From contig CBFFSA010000002.1 of assembly GCA_965644495.1 (NCBI GenBank), forward strand, positions 1,116,001 through 1,180,000: a DNA stretch of 64,000 nt, read 5' to 3'. This DNA comes from Perkinsela sp. CCAP 1560/9. Lineage: Eukaryota > Protista > Euglenozoa: Kinetoplastea. This document shows positions 49,975 through 60,638 of this stretch, piece after piece. The stretch's first letter is position 1; each line of letters opens with the position of its first letter. The notes under the pieces were generated by a model. It did no database searches. It saw only the letters and a program-made list of their open reading frames with translations, and was not told the DNA's origin. A program made the position numbers and the translations under genes.

Positions 49975-50495
49975 AGTAGTTGATTTGACATGTCAAACTC
50001 TTGGATCATCAAGTCTCCGGAGCAATTAGCAATACCCCGAAGAATCAGAATACAAAGAAATTGATTCACTAGCACTTGAAATGCCAGTGCTTTCTCTTTC
50101 CTCTTTTTGGTTGTTCCCTTGTCTTTGTTTTTAACACTCTGTTTCCTGTCTGGTATGCTTCTGTGATTTCGCAAATCTGTTTGTTCCGGACTCATCCTTT
50201 CATATTCCGAATTGTTTTCCTAATGTCTTTTTTAGTGCTACTTCGAGAAGAGCAACAAACGCCTGACGTATATCTTCCAAACAAATGGAACTTGTTTGCT
50301 CGAGAAGCAAACGATCTCTGGTCAGTCCCGATTCAATACGTTTCTCGAGCCGATTCTTCGCTTTAAAAGTGTCAGTAATAGACGTTCGAATCACCCTTTG
50401 AGTAAGTTTTATTTCTTGTATGAATACAGAAACCGGAGACCTTGGCGGAAAATCCGGCTCTCGGACAGCGCTACTCGAGGCGTGCCTTGACCGTT
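49975..50495 (-). pseudogene. Diverged duplicate of the SCC2 3' end and 3' UTR
   Basis: Aligns with about 26252-26805 (for example GCTACTCGAGGCGTGCCTTGACCGTT and AAATTGATTCACTAGCACTTGAA), with indels. Confidence 0.85.
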
Positions 50496-50505
50496 TAGAA
50501 AGTGA

Positions 50506-52140
50506 TTACCAGCATTCTTCTTTTTCAACCTCCTCTGCCAAGATGGAAGTGGACGCTTCCTGGGCATGTACTATTCCCGCATCTCGAAGTACGACATTCC
50601 AATCTATTGCACCCTCTTTCAGACGCGCAACAGCAATGCACAACTGATCACGAATTTTACAAACCTGCTCCCCTAACCCTTTATCCTCTACAAAATCATC
50701 CACCCCCACGTGGCTACCACAAAACGGACACGCAAGCCGTGCACCCTCCATACACCTGTGCTCCAAACAACCCGTACAACACATTTCCCGGACACAACAA
50801 CCCGTCGCTAACGGTTCCCGCAACAAACCACCACAAAGTCGACAACCCAACGGCTCCGGGACCTTCTCGTCACCCACGCTGTCTTCGTGAGGGTTCGCCT
50901 CGCCTTGCTTATATTTTGCATTGATCACCTCCCCGACCAACGCCCCCGTCTCCACCCTTCGCCGCGCCAGGCGACCTGTGGTGGTACGAAACAATCTCTC
51001 CCCCCCCACCGCAGCCTCCCCCTCCGGAACCACCTCCAGTGCTGAGGAGGAGATCCCGATGGGAGGCAGTAAACGACGAGCCACAACAGGAGAAACGACA
51101 GCAGCAGCAGAAGGGGAAGAACCAACAGGAGAAGAAGCAGGAAAGGGCATCCCCCTCCCCCTCCCCCTCCAAGCTGGAGACAACCCCCCATGTTGTGCTC
51201 CCCCCCCTTCTGCTGTTGCTGCTGCTGCTGTCCTCCCCGTCGTAGGCCCCCCCCGTTGCTGTGATCCCTGATCCTGGGAAGGGGTCGTTGTGCCTTTTGT
51301 TGGATTCAGCATGGTCCGCATGGGACAATGCTGAATCCAGTGACCTGGACGACCGCATTGGTCACAGAGGTACCCCTTAGGGGGAGGGAGGGGAAGAGGG
51401 GCAGAGGATAGGGAAGAAGATAAGGAAGAAGAAGAAGAAGAAGAAGAAGAGCCCATCAATGGACCCACCGCTCCACGAGATCCCCGGGAGGCTACTGTGG
51501 AAGGCAGGGGGGGTCGTTTTCGTGGGCCTTGGAGTGTCAAAGGATCTCTGCTTTTGTTTAATGATAAAAGAGAGCCCTTTTCTTCTCGATGGGTAGAAGA
51601 GGAAGAGAAAGAAGAAGAGATCGAGGGAAAAGAGGTCTCGTTGGCAATGTGTTGCCGTAACGCGGAGAGTCTCTCCTGTTCTGTGGAGTGGGGGAGGGAG
51701 AGGGTTTGGTGGAAGATATCACCGTGGGAGGGGGCGGGGCGGGGGTCTGTGGTTGTGGGCTCTGCGGAGGTGACATAGGAAAGTGTGGAGGGGTCGGGGA
51801 CGGAGGACCCGGTGGGATGAGGGGGTAGACCAATAGGGTGGGATCCGGGGGGTGGGTGACCCATGGGGTGGGAGAAGAAAGAGGAAGAGGAGGGGACTGC
51901 GGAGGTCCAATTTCGTGGGGGACGACGGCCGTGGCGTGGGGTACGGGTAGCTGTGACGGCGGTACCGGGGAGGAGGCGTTGTCTCTCTCGCACGGGGGTG
52001 TCGCCGAGGACCAGGTCGACGAAGTCGGTGGTACCGACGGCGGAGGCAATGAGGTATTGTGCTTTTTCCGCACTCACGGAGGTGCCTTCAAATTCGACCC
52101 TCCCGGCCTTCGATTGAAATTGGTAGAAGAGATAGGGCAT
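50506..52140 (-). CDS. RBBP6/Mpe1-like protein (DWNN ubiquitin-like domain, zinc knuckle, RING)
   Basis: N-terminal YQFQSK...VEFEGTSVS, PPPKGYLCDQCGRPGHWIQHCP, and VPEPLGCRLC...CC...CC..C...CPFC. Confidence 0.8.
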   Translation of the reverse strand: MPYLFYQFQSKAGRVEFEGTSVSAEKAQYLIASAVGTTDFVDLVLGDTPVRERQRLLPGTAVTATRTPRHGRRPPRNWTSAVPSSSSFFSHPMGHPPPGSHPIGLPPHPTGSSVPDPSTLSYVTSAEPTTTDPRPAPSHGDIFHQTLSLPHSTEQERLSALRQHIANETSFPSISSSFSSSSTHREEKGSLLSLNKSRDPLTLQGPRKRPPLPSTVASRGSRGAVGPLMGSSSSSSSSSLSSSLSSAPLPLPPPKGYLCDQCGRPGHWIQHCPMRTMLNPTKGTTTPSQDQGSQQRGGPTTGRTAAAATAEGGGAQHGGLSPAWRGRGRGMPFPASSPVGSSPSAAAVVSPVVARRLLPPIGISSSALEVVPEGEAAVGGERLFRTTTGRLARRRVETGALVGEVINAKYKQGEANPHEDSVGDEKVPEPLGCRLCGGLLREPLATGCCVREMCCTGCLEHRCMEGARLACPFCGSHVGVDDFVEDKGLGEQVCKIRDQLCIAVARLKEGAIDWNVVLRDAGIVHAQEASTSILAEEVEKEECW

Positions 52141-52399
52141 GTAAATTGGGGTGAAGAAAAACGAAGTGTGGAAAAATAGATTTTCTTCAAGAGTGAAAGT
52201 AAAAGTGGGAGATGACGTCTTGACTGATTTGATGATAATAGACGTAAGAGGAGAGCCAGTAATATTTGAAATACAAATTTCAATACATGATCCTTTACAC
52301 AAATCTACATTACTTCTTGATGGCGTTAGAGAAACGCAATCTATGACTATTTTTACAATAATCAAAAAGGAATCCAATTTTTATAAGGGGCTCCGTGCC

Positions 52400-55300
52400 C
52401 TACGCATTTACCTTACGCATAACCTCACTGAAGCCCTGTGCGTTTCGAATTTCAAAAATGACGTTCGCGTTCGCAAACATCCCATCCTTAAGCGAAACCA
52501 GAAGAAACTGAGCGTCACGGAAATGGCGTTGAAGCATCTTGCCAATATTCTGCGTGTGACTCGGGTCCAGTGCCGCATCTACTTCATCCAGAATATACAC
52601 AGGAGCGGGACGAAACCGGAGAATCGCTAAAATTAAACACAGCGCCAGCAGACTTCGCTGACCCCCAGAGAGCTCTGTGAGGGTTTCCTTCTCCTTTCCC
52701 TGAAACGCGACCCGAACCTCCAATCCCGTGAGACGACCTTGTATTCCCCCTTCTTTGGGCTCTGTCGCATCTCCATCTCCTGCAGTAGAGTCACCTGGCT
52801 CCGAGTTTGACCCCTTGTCTGTCCGAGCCCTCGTCGAAACCTTTGCCCCCTCACTTGCTTCCCGTTGCTGCACCAGGCGACACGAGGCCCCGGGGAGACA
52901 CGCCGCAAACAACTTACTAAACCCCGAGCTGACCTTGTCCACCATCACATCTAAACTCCTCCATTTTTTAGCCTCGACCGCACGGATCGTGCGTAGTATA
53001 ATGCGCTTATCTGCGACCAGCGCATCCCGGCGCCGGACTAAGTCGTTGTACTCTTTTCGAGACTGCTCTAACACAGCGGTGACTTTTTTGTTTACTCGGC
53101 GACTCATGTGTTCCAGTTTGTGCTCCTCCTCCGCGAGCGTCTCAAGGGTCTTTGCGGTGCGATTTTCGTCGATAAAGTAGAACGGGGTCGTGGTGTCACC
53201 GAAATGGACTTTCTCAGACTCTATCCAGGGATGGTGAGTGCGTAGCTCTGTGTTTTGTGATTTAGCGGACTCCACGGTCTTTGCCATGGTCTTCATTTCG
53301 TGCTCCAACGTCGTCATGGCACGACGGGCGGTGTGCTCCTCTTCCTGGGTTTGCTGTAGGGTTTGAGTGATTTCTTGGTGTTTCGTTTCCACGAGCCGCA
53401 GTCGCTCCTCCTCGGCCTGTAGCTGACTCTCGGTCTGAGCAATCTGGGTGCGGAGTGTGTCGTGTTCCCTTTGTTTGGTCGTGGTTTCATCCTCCAACGC
53501 GGTGGCCTCCTGGGACAGCTCATTTCGCTGACGGCTCACCTCCTCCTGCCGCGCGTCCTGTGCGGCTTTCTGGGCTTGCAACGTCTCATACCCGGTTTGT
53601 CCCTTCTCCAGCTCTCGCTGCACCTCCTTACGCCGGTCCTGGGCGGCCGCAAGCTTCTCCGCATACTCTCGCTCCGCGCGTTTGGTGTCAATCCCACGCT
53701 GTAACTTCTCCTTCACCCCCACCAACGCGGATTTCACCTCCCCCAGCTTCTCCGTGTTCTCCTGCACCCCCCTCCCCGCCTCCTCCTGCTGTTTGCGTAT
53801 CTCCACCCCTCTCGAGCTCTCCCCTTTCGCGGACCCCGCCAACCCGCTCACCTGTGCCTCCAGCGCCCTATGCTGCCCCACCGCCTCCTCCCACCGCATT
53901 CGACTCCCCTCTGCCTTTCCCATCCTCTGCTCCACCCCTTTTCGGGTCTCCGCAATGCGCCGCAGCTCATTTTCCACATTCGCATATTTCTGCAGCTCTG
54001 GGATAGCCGCGGCGAATTCCCCCATCACATCCCGCAGCCCCGCGGCGCTCCCCCCACTGAGAATCCCACTGGGCTCCGCCACATCCCCATGGAGGGTCAC
54101 CGCGCGTGCCTTTGCGGGTCCAAACGCAATCGCACGCGCCACCTCCATCGAGGAACACGCAAAGAACCGACCAAACACAAAGGAGGCGACGCGAGAGAGT
54201 TCAGAGGCGAACGCACTTTGGGAGGTAAAGCTTTGAGAATTTGAGCCCAGAACGCTTTCCGGACTTTGCTGCAGCAAATCACTCGCGAGTTTCGCCCACC
54301 CCTTGGCCTCCACGGCGGCGTCATAGGCGAGTTGCTGCCGGGTGACATCGATGGAAGGGGTTTGGAGTTTGTCGAGGACGAGATAGGTGGTACGCTCCGG
54401 GGTGGCTTTTGTGGAGATTAGCAGTTGTGCGATCTCGCCGGTGCGGACGACCACTTTACGGAGATGGTCTTTGGCCCCGGCGGAGAGGGCGAGACTGTGC
54501 TGTTTGGGGTTACGGGGGCGGAAAAGGGTACCGACACGACCGTAGATGTGGTGGCGCACCCCGGCAGCGTTGTCCGTGTCTGGGGGGAGGTCGTAGGGGA
54601 AGGCAAACCCCCGGATTCCGTGGGCGAGTTTCTCGCGCGCGGTGCGGAGTTGTTGGAGCTCGTTGTCGAGTGTGGTGAGGGCGGAGGGATCCGCACCACC
54701 GCTTTGTTTTTTGTAGGCGAATTCGGCATCGGCGACGGCTTGTTTGGAGGTTTCCAGCTGTCGGGTGAGAGAGAGGTGCTCGTCATGGCTTGCATTTTGG
54801 CGGGTTTCAAAGGTTTTGAGTTCTTCCGCGAGACGTTGCTGTGTGTGTCGGAGTCGAGAGAGAGTGGAATTAAGTTGTAGAATTTCTTTCTCAAGAAAAT
54901 CACTTTCTTCCAAAAGAGTCATGCCCCGTTCCCCGACCTGAATGCCACTGCGTGCCATTTGAAGTGAGGCCCGCAGGTCTTCGCATCTTTTTTCAAGTTC
55001 TGCTTTCTCAGCACGCAGCTTTTCGAACGATGATAAGACTCGATCGTTTTCCTGAGCAGAAAGAGCAGCAGACGCCTCCAATTTTCCCAGTTCCGTCTCC
55101 AGTTTTCGCACCGCGTCGTGAAGCTTGTTCCGTTGTTTATTTAGAAGAGATATTTCACCCTTCACTTTATGTTGCTGGTGAGAGGCCTGTCGCAACGTTT
55201 CTTTATACTCAGACCAGACAGTATTAGATTGGCGTTGAATCTCGCTCTCTTGAAGTTCATGCTGCAGTTTTGCAAGTCGGGCAGGGACGGTAGAAAGAAG

Positions 55301-56101
55301 CGATCTTTGATCTTCTACCTCATTCCGACACTGTATTAACCTGGCTGCACTGTTCTCAATTGTGTGGACATTTTTCCAATACATGTACCCCGCTTTGAAC
55401 TTGCGTTTTACCTCCAGACTGGCGCTAATTTGCAGGTAAGAATCATACAAACTCTGCTCATTTCCCATGTTCTCCAGCAACGTGGCAATGTCCCCCTCAA
55501 GAGTTTGATTGATTTCTTGAAGTTTTCTTTCTTTGCTCTGAATTAGATGTTCCGCAACACGCCGCCGGGCATCGAACATTCTTGTTCCTGCGGCTTCTTC
55601 TATCCAACTTAGCACTTCACTTGGTTTCATGTTGAGCAGTTTATGCACTGTCCCCTGCATGACTAAGAAATGAGGATTATCTACGTTCATTGAAACGCTG
55701 TGAAAAAATGCCTTGATCGTGCTTTGCTGCGCAACACGGCCATTGAGAAAAAACTTTTGCTTTCCTCCCGTCATGACTTGTCGAGCGACAGATATTTGAG
55801 GGAATTCGGTGGGTGGGTAAGCTGGAGGTGCTGTCTCTTGATCATCATTGGTAAATTCCAGCGTCACACTCGCGCGCTGTATTCCCGCGTTACCGTTTTT
55901 GTAAATCAAATCACGTGTGTCTTCTGCACGCACCTTTTTAAGATTCGTAATTCCCATGACAAAACATATCGCATCAAACACATTACTCTTTCCGCTGCCG
56001 TTCAAGCCGGTGATCGCGTTAAAATGAGGATCTAGATTGCTTAGTTCCTGGCGGTGCGCATAACTTTTGAAACCGTCAAGTACGATCGTTTTGAGTTTCA
56101 T
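52400..56101 (-). CDS. SMC2: Condensin subunit SMC2
   Basis: LDGFKSYA, FNAITGLNGSGKSN, hinge AVTLHGD, LTELSGGQRSL and PAPVYILDEVDAALDPSHTQNIG. Confidence 0.95.
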   Translation of the reverse strand: MKLKTIVLDGFKSYAHRQELSNLDPHFNAITGLNGSGKSNVFDAICFVMGITNLKKVRAEDTRDLIYKNGNAGIQRASVTLEFTNDDQETAPPAYPPTEFPQISVARQVMTGGKQKFFLNGRVAQQSTIKAFFHSVSMNVDNPHFLVMQGTVHKLLNMKPSEVLSWIEEAAGTRMFDARRRVAEHLIQSKERKLQEINQTLEGDIATLLENMGNEQSLYDSYLQISASLEVKRKFKAGYMYWKNVHTIENSAARLIQCRNEVEDQRSLLSTVPARLAKLQHELQESEIQRQSNTVWSEYKETLRQASHQQHKVKGEISLLNKQRNKLHDAVRKLETELGKLEASAALSAQENDRVLSSFEKLRAEKAELEKRCEDLRASLQMARSGIQVGERGMTLLEESDFLEKEILQLNSTLSRLRHTQQRLAEELKTFETRQNASHDEHLSLTRQLETSKQAVADAEFAYKKQSGGADPSALTTLDNELQQLRTAREKLAHGIRGFAFPYDLPPDTDNAAGVRHHIYGRVGTLFRPRNPKQHSLALSAGAKDHLRKVVVRTGEIAQLLISTKATPERTTYLVLDKLQTPSIDVTRQQLAYDAAVEAKGWAKLASDLLQQSPESVLGSNSQSFTSQSAFASELSRVASFVFGRFFACSSMEVARAIAFGPAKARAVTLHGDVAEPSGILSGGSAAGLRDVMGEFAAAIPELQKYANVENELRRIAETRKGVEQRMGKAEGSRMRWEEAVGQHRALEAQVSGLAGSAKGESSRGVEIRKQQEEAGRGVQENTEKLGEVKSALVGVKEKLQRGIDTKRAEREYAEKLAAAQDRRKEVQRELEKGQTGYETLQAQKAAQDARQEEVSRQRNELSQEATALEDETTTKQREHDTLRTQIAQTESQLQAEEERLRLVETKHQEITQTLQQTQEEEHTARRAMTTLEHEMKTMAKTVESAKSQNTELRTHHPWIESEKVHFGDTTTPFYFIDENRTAKTLETLAEEEHKLEHMSRRVNKKVTAVLEQSRKEYNDLVRRRDALVADKRIILRTIRAVEAKKWRSLDVMVDKVSSGFSKLFAACLPGASCRLVQQREASEGAKVSTRARTDKGSNSEPGDSTAGDGDATEPKEGGIQGRLTGLEVRVAFQGKEKETLTELSGGQRSLLALCLILAILRFRPAPVYILDEVDAALDPSHTQNIGKMLQRHFRDAQFLLVSLKDGMFANANVIFEIRNAQGFSEVMRKVNA

Positions 56102-56249
56102 AAACTAAACAAAAGGACAAAAATATTGAAAAGCGGAAAAGCATTCGGAAGGTGTTTTCAAATTAGTATTTCGAAATAGAGAATTCGAAATAGTACATGG
56201 CATCTTAATGCCGGATATGGATAAAAATAGCTATAAAAATTTATAATAG

Positions 56250-56921
56250 CTAATTTCCTTCATAATTTGGATGGAAACCACTAATTTGAAACCGGTTTGT
56301 CCCCTGGAGCTCAATGACCCGTAAACCATTGGATAATTCGCAGAGATTAATTGTCCCTTCTAATTTATTATAAGAGATCCGAATGTCCTGTAGTGTTGGC
56401 GGAAGGTTTCGCAATGAGACTGTACCACTGAAGAAATTTGTGTGTAACCAAAGCATTCTTAATCCCACCGGTAGGTTTTCGAGGTGTAATTCCCCAGACA
56501 ACATGTTTCGATGCAGAAACAACACAGTCAGTCTCATGGGCAATGAGGTAAAATCGACGTTCCGAATAAATGTGTTTCCTTCCAAGGATATAACTTGCAA
56601 GCAGTCCGCAAGAACATTTACTTCGACACTACCTCCAAGGAAATTCTCACTCATGTTTAGATGTCGAACACTCTCAGGAAGAAAAGACCAGGTAACGTTT
56701 CCGTGTAGTTGGAGATGATTCCATTCCAAATCAATTTGCTCTTCACGGCAGCTTACTCGATGCCAATTTCTTATTGGGTTAATTGTCTTCCAACTCGGGT
56801 GAGGATTTTCTATGTGTTGAATAAAAAAGAATAATTTTTCCTCCGGACTCTTACACACTGAACGCACTCTTCCAGGCCGAGACACCTTTGGATTCGTATC
56901 CACACTCTGGATGAAAAACAT
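56250..56921 (-). CDS. Leucine-rich repeat protein
   Basis: SRPGRVRS...PEEKL, NPHPSW and LRRs. Confidence 0.85.
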   Translation of the reverse strand: MFFIQSVDTNPKVSRPGRVRSVCKSPEEKLFFFIQHIENPHPSWKTINPIRNWHRVSCREEQIDLEWNHLQLHGNVTWSFLPESVRHLNMSENFLGGSVEVNVLADCLQVISLEGNTFIRNVDFTSLPMRLTVLFLHRNMLSGELHLENLPVGLRMLWLHTNFFSGTVSLRNLPPTLQDIRISYNKLEGTINLCELSNGLRVIELQGTNRFQISGFHPNYEGN

Positions 56922-57361
56922 TTTGGTTCCTAAAGAGAAAGTTTATATGTCACGATAGAGAGATACTATGCACAAAATTTCTATTATTCGTTTTTTAAAA
57001 TATTGTCAGTCCGTGGACGAAAGCGCCAACGTTCGTTCCCCACGAAAGGGTAGCAGATGAACATGAAATGTGACAAGTGTATGTTCAATACATAAGCATT
57101 GTAACCGTTAAAAAACAAAAAAAAAATTTCTTGCGAGAGAATGATTTATGCCCATTATAGTTGCAAAAGCTGCACTGCGCGGAAATATGTACCAGTTATC
57201 GTCCTAGTGAGTATTTAAACTATTGTTCTCAATCCGCAATTCAGACGTAGAACCTTTTTCTACTCATAGAAACAGAAAAATGATTTTGCGTGCACAGCTA
57301 CTTCTGCCGCCCATTCGTTGAGAAAACACAAGCCTCATGCAATCCCAACGTTTCTATCCAC

Positions 57362-58111
57362 TCACACCGTAAGTGCCGCAATAGCCTGCTGCGCTGCAGT
57401 AACATCTGGACTTTCGTCTAACAGCAAACGGCGTACAAAAGGGAGCTGATCGGTTAACGTAGTTTGCAGTCGGCGACGCAGTGTGTTATTACACACAACA
57501 TGACCATTTTCAGCCCGTACCTGCACCCCTCCCCATTCTTCCTCTAAGAGCCTCCCAGCTCCTAGAACAAGCCCGTTTTCGGAGGATGAACCCACCCCAT
57601 CTGATGAGGAAAGCATATCGCGATTTACAACCTCAATTGCTTGCTGCACTACACTACGATCAGCTTCTCTGCATACCACCTCCCCGGCTTTCACTTCTAA
57701 CTTTTGAAGTGACTCATGGATTAGGTGGACCAAAAGCTGGAGATGTTCATTGGACGAGGATGAGGTGAGAGCGTCAACACGTTGGCGTACCTTTTCCTGA
57801 ATCCGACGTAGTAAGTGGTCTCGAGACCATAACTCCGCCAGGGCGGCATCTCTGCGCTTTTGTGAGTGTGCTACTTGTTGTTCAATAGTAAAATGCCGGG
57901 TCTTCTTTTCAAACTCTGCGCGAATCCGGGTCTTTGCTTTTTCAACAAGTTCTTGCTTTTCCATTTCATATTCTTCCTCAGCCTGGTGAGCGATTTCGGC
58001 CTCTTTCTCGCGCGCCTCAGCGTCAATAAAGGCAACCATGTTACGAATCGATTTATCCTCGTCTTGATGTTTTATGTCCTCTTTTGAAGAGGAAGAACGC
58101 AGCAAAGGCAT
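57362..58111 (-). CDS. V-type ATPase subunit E
   Basis: IRNMVAFIDAEAREKEAEI..AEEEYEMEK and GGV...NGHVVCNNTL..RL. Confidence 0.9.
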   Translation of the reverse strand: MPLLRSSSSKEDIKHQDEDKSIRNMVAFIDAEAREKEAEIAHQAEEEYEMEKQELVEKAKTRIRAEFEKKTRHFTIEQQVAHSQKRRDAALAELWSRDHLLRRIQEKVRQRVDALTSSSSNEHLQLLVHLIHESLQKLEVKAGEVVCREADRSVVQQAIEVVNRDMLSSSDGVGSSSENGLVLGAGRLLEEEWGGVQVRAENGHVVCNNTLRRRLQTTLTDQLPFVRRLLLDESPDVTAAQQAIAALTV

Positions 58112-58602
58112 ATCGTACAAAAGATAAAAGAATTCTGATATTATACTCGTATTCATTATTATTACTAGATTGTGTTAGAGTTGAGCAACTGGTATTGTAA
58201 CAAAGTCTTCAAATCTGATTCAATTAGCTGGAAATCATCCAATTCGTAAACAAGTTTGCTTAATGATAGCCCATAGCACTATGACATTGTTGCAAAAACC
58301 GAAATAGAATTGTTAAACGAGTAAAAAGTCTCTAATCCGAACACTTTACATAAAAGAGAATAATTAAATGAATGCGCGTTTATTCTTTTGTTGCCAAATT
58401 ATTGAACACACAATAGAATTGAAAAACTACAATAGCAAACGAAACATTATCAAAGAAATCTTAGTTTTTTCGCATATCGCGTGAATCAAAGCAATAACCA
58501 TTGAAAACACATCAAAAGATTCTTAAACCCAATGTCAAAAACATTTTTACGCCCGCTTTTTTCTATCCCTTACCCCTACTTCCTCACCGCACTCCCCTTC
58601 GC

Positions 58603-60285
58603 CTACTCACTCCCCTCTTTCCCACTCTTTTCCTGGATCTCCGACGACCCTGCTGTCCCCTCCACTCCTCTCCCCCCCTGTCCCCCACGGGAACCTCCCC
58701 ACGTCCCACCACGGCCCATCCCCCCACCTCGGCGAGGGACTCCTCCGAACCCTCGGAACCCCCCACCCCCGCCCCGAAACCCCCCACTCGCTCCAGGAGC
58801 GAACTTGTCCACGGCCTTTTCAATATCCACCCGCTTCCCCCGGAGGACCAGCCCGGTGGCCTGAATCTCGCTAATACGACTAATCGGGTCGTCGAAATTC
58901 ACAAACGCAAAAGTGCGGTTCATGGTGGCGGTGTTGTTCCGCAGCGCGGTGACCACCACATGGGGACGGAGCAGCTCCCGTAGCTCCTCGTCGGTACACT
59001 GCACCGGGAGGTTTTTAAGAATCGCACAAAAGTGCTGCTCCCCACCCCGAGGGCCCACAGAGGGGCGAGCTGAGCCACTCCCCACGCCCTGCTCATTGGA
59101 GGACCCTACAGCCCCACTGGGTGCCGTAGCCGCCCCAGGGGTTCCTTGCATCCCCTTCTTACCCCCCTCCTTGGTCTTTTCTTTACTACTCATCTCCTCT
59201 GGGGGAGCGCTCGTTTTACGACTCACCCCCACGGGAGGCTGTTGTTGTTGTTGTTGTGGTTCCTGCCGCTGCTGCTGTACTCGAGCAGCACCCCCGGCAG
59301 CCCCACTCCCCCCCGTCCCCCCTCCCCCCACCCCTCTCCCCTCGGGCTGTCCTTTTCGCACCGCCGCGGCGTACGAGGAGACCGCAGCGGAGGACACGGC
59401 AGAGCCCGTGGAGGTCTCCCCCTCTCGCGGACTCGCACGAAAATCACGAGACGACTCGGGGGCTCGTGTGGAGGAGACCGAGGCCGAGGCCGAGCCCCTC
59501 ACGCCCTCCACCCCCCCCTCCCCCCCTCCCTCCATCTCACTCCACCGCACACCAGCGGAGGGTGCAGAAGCCGTCTCCTCCTTTGTGGAGATCACGGATG
59601 GGAGAGGGGACAGCCCGGGCGCTCCCTCCCCTTTCGGGGACTCCCCTTTGCGGGGCTCCGAGGCGGGGCTCTCGGGGCGCGAGGCCGGGGAGAGCCCCGA
59701 AAGGGGAGTCCCCCCCCCCACCCCCCCCGTCGGGGGAAACTCCCGCATGGGCTCCGGGCTGTCCTCCCGTCCCCCCCGAGCGGGCAGCCCGGTCACCGCG
59801 TGGCTTGTGGGAACCATGACGACATGGGAGCTGTCGTGTTTGCTGTAGAGCCGTAGGCAGTCGTTGGCGATAAGGAAGTTGTTCCTCGAGGTCGTGGGCT
59901 GCAGCAGGAAGGTCTGGACGAACCGGCAGGTGGAGCTGGGGAGCAGGAAGTAGCCCCCGACCTGGATGAGGACGGTGTGGGAGAGGGAGGGCATGACGTC
60001 GAGATGGGCCACCATGAGCTTCGCCCGGAGCTGCTGCTCCGCAATGGAACGGAGCTGCTGGGCGATTTGGCCGACCCCGCTGGCATCGGGGCCTTGCTCC
60101 GCACCGGCAAGTTTGTTGAGGACTTCTCCGTGGGAGAACACCGCGTGGGGGGCGTATAGACTAAGGAGGGAGTTCGGGTCGGAAAGGTAGCGTTGGTAGT
60201 AGACTTTGACGAAAGAGGGACCGATGGATTTGTCAATGGCGGCAACGGGAGCCACGGCGGCCGCAGGGGGCGGGTTCGTAGACAT
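58603..60285 (-). CDS. NTF2-RRM-RGG RNA-binding protein (G3BP/Rasputin-like)
   Basis: NTF2 (IGPSFVKVYY...FVQTFLL...FLIANDCLR), RRM (LKNLP...FAFVNF) and an RGG tail. Confidence 0.85.
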   Translation of the reverse strand: MSTNPPPAAAVAPVAAIDKSIGPSFVKVYYQRYLSDPNSLLSLYAPHAVFSHGEVLNKLAGAEQGPDASGVGQIAQQLRSIAEQQLRAKLMVAHLDVMPSLSHTVLIQVGGYFLLPSSTCRFVQTFLLQPTTSRNNFLIANDCLRLYSKHDSSHVVMVPTSHAVTGLPARGGREDSPEPMREFPPTGGVGGGTPLSGLSPASRPESPASEPRKGESPKGEGAPGLSPLPSVISTKEETASAPSAGVRWSEMEGGGEGGVEGVRGSASASVSSTRAPESSRDFRASPREGETSTGSAVSSAAVSSYAAAVRKGQPEGRGVGGGGTGGSGAAGGAARVQQQRQEPQQQQQQPPVGVSRKTSAPPEEMSSKEKTKEGGKKGMQGTPGAATAPSGAVGSSNEQGVGSGSARPSVGPRGGEQHFCAILKNLPVQCTDEELRELLRPHVVVTALRNNTATMNRTFAFVNFDDPISRISEIQATGLVLRGKRVDIEKAVDKFAPGASGGFRGGGGGFRGFGGVPRRGGGMGRGGTWGGSRGGQGGRGVEGTAGSSEIQEKSGKEGSE

Positions 60286-60638
60286 CGTATGAAGATCAGG
60301 AAGAGTGGAAGGAATAAAGCGGAAATATAGATTTCGTGTGAATGCAATCAAAAAATAAGAAATACTGATGTTGCCGTTTTGCACGAGAAAGGAGTACAAA
60401 AAAAGTAGAAAACAAGTGGCATAATGCAAACGTGATATTCTGTTATGTAGGAATTCCTACATAACAGAAGATTTTGTTGTAGACACAGCACGAATGATAT
60501 TCTGAGAGCTTTGAGTCTCAGTTTTGTTAAGTAACTTGACACGTACAACCTACTCACATTGATACGAAAAAATTGCGTACGTACGATTGTGGACAGTGAT
60601 CGCTGTGGTGAAAGCGCGAAGTGCAATCCCTGAGGCTA

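Noticed and set aside
57003-57055. GTCAGTCCGTGGACGAAAG resembling a hammerhead ribozyme core
   Set aside because: The required CTGANGA box is missing and stems I and III cannot be formed.
58501-60190. Long plus-strand and alternate-frame ORFs within GC-rich genes (also at 8-10, 27, 36-42 and 51-55 kb)
   Set aside because: They are shadow ORFs of low-complexity, stop-poor coding sequence on the opposite strand.
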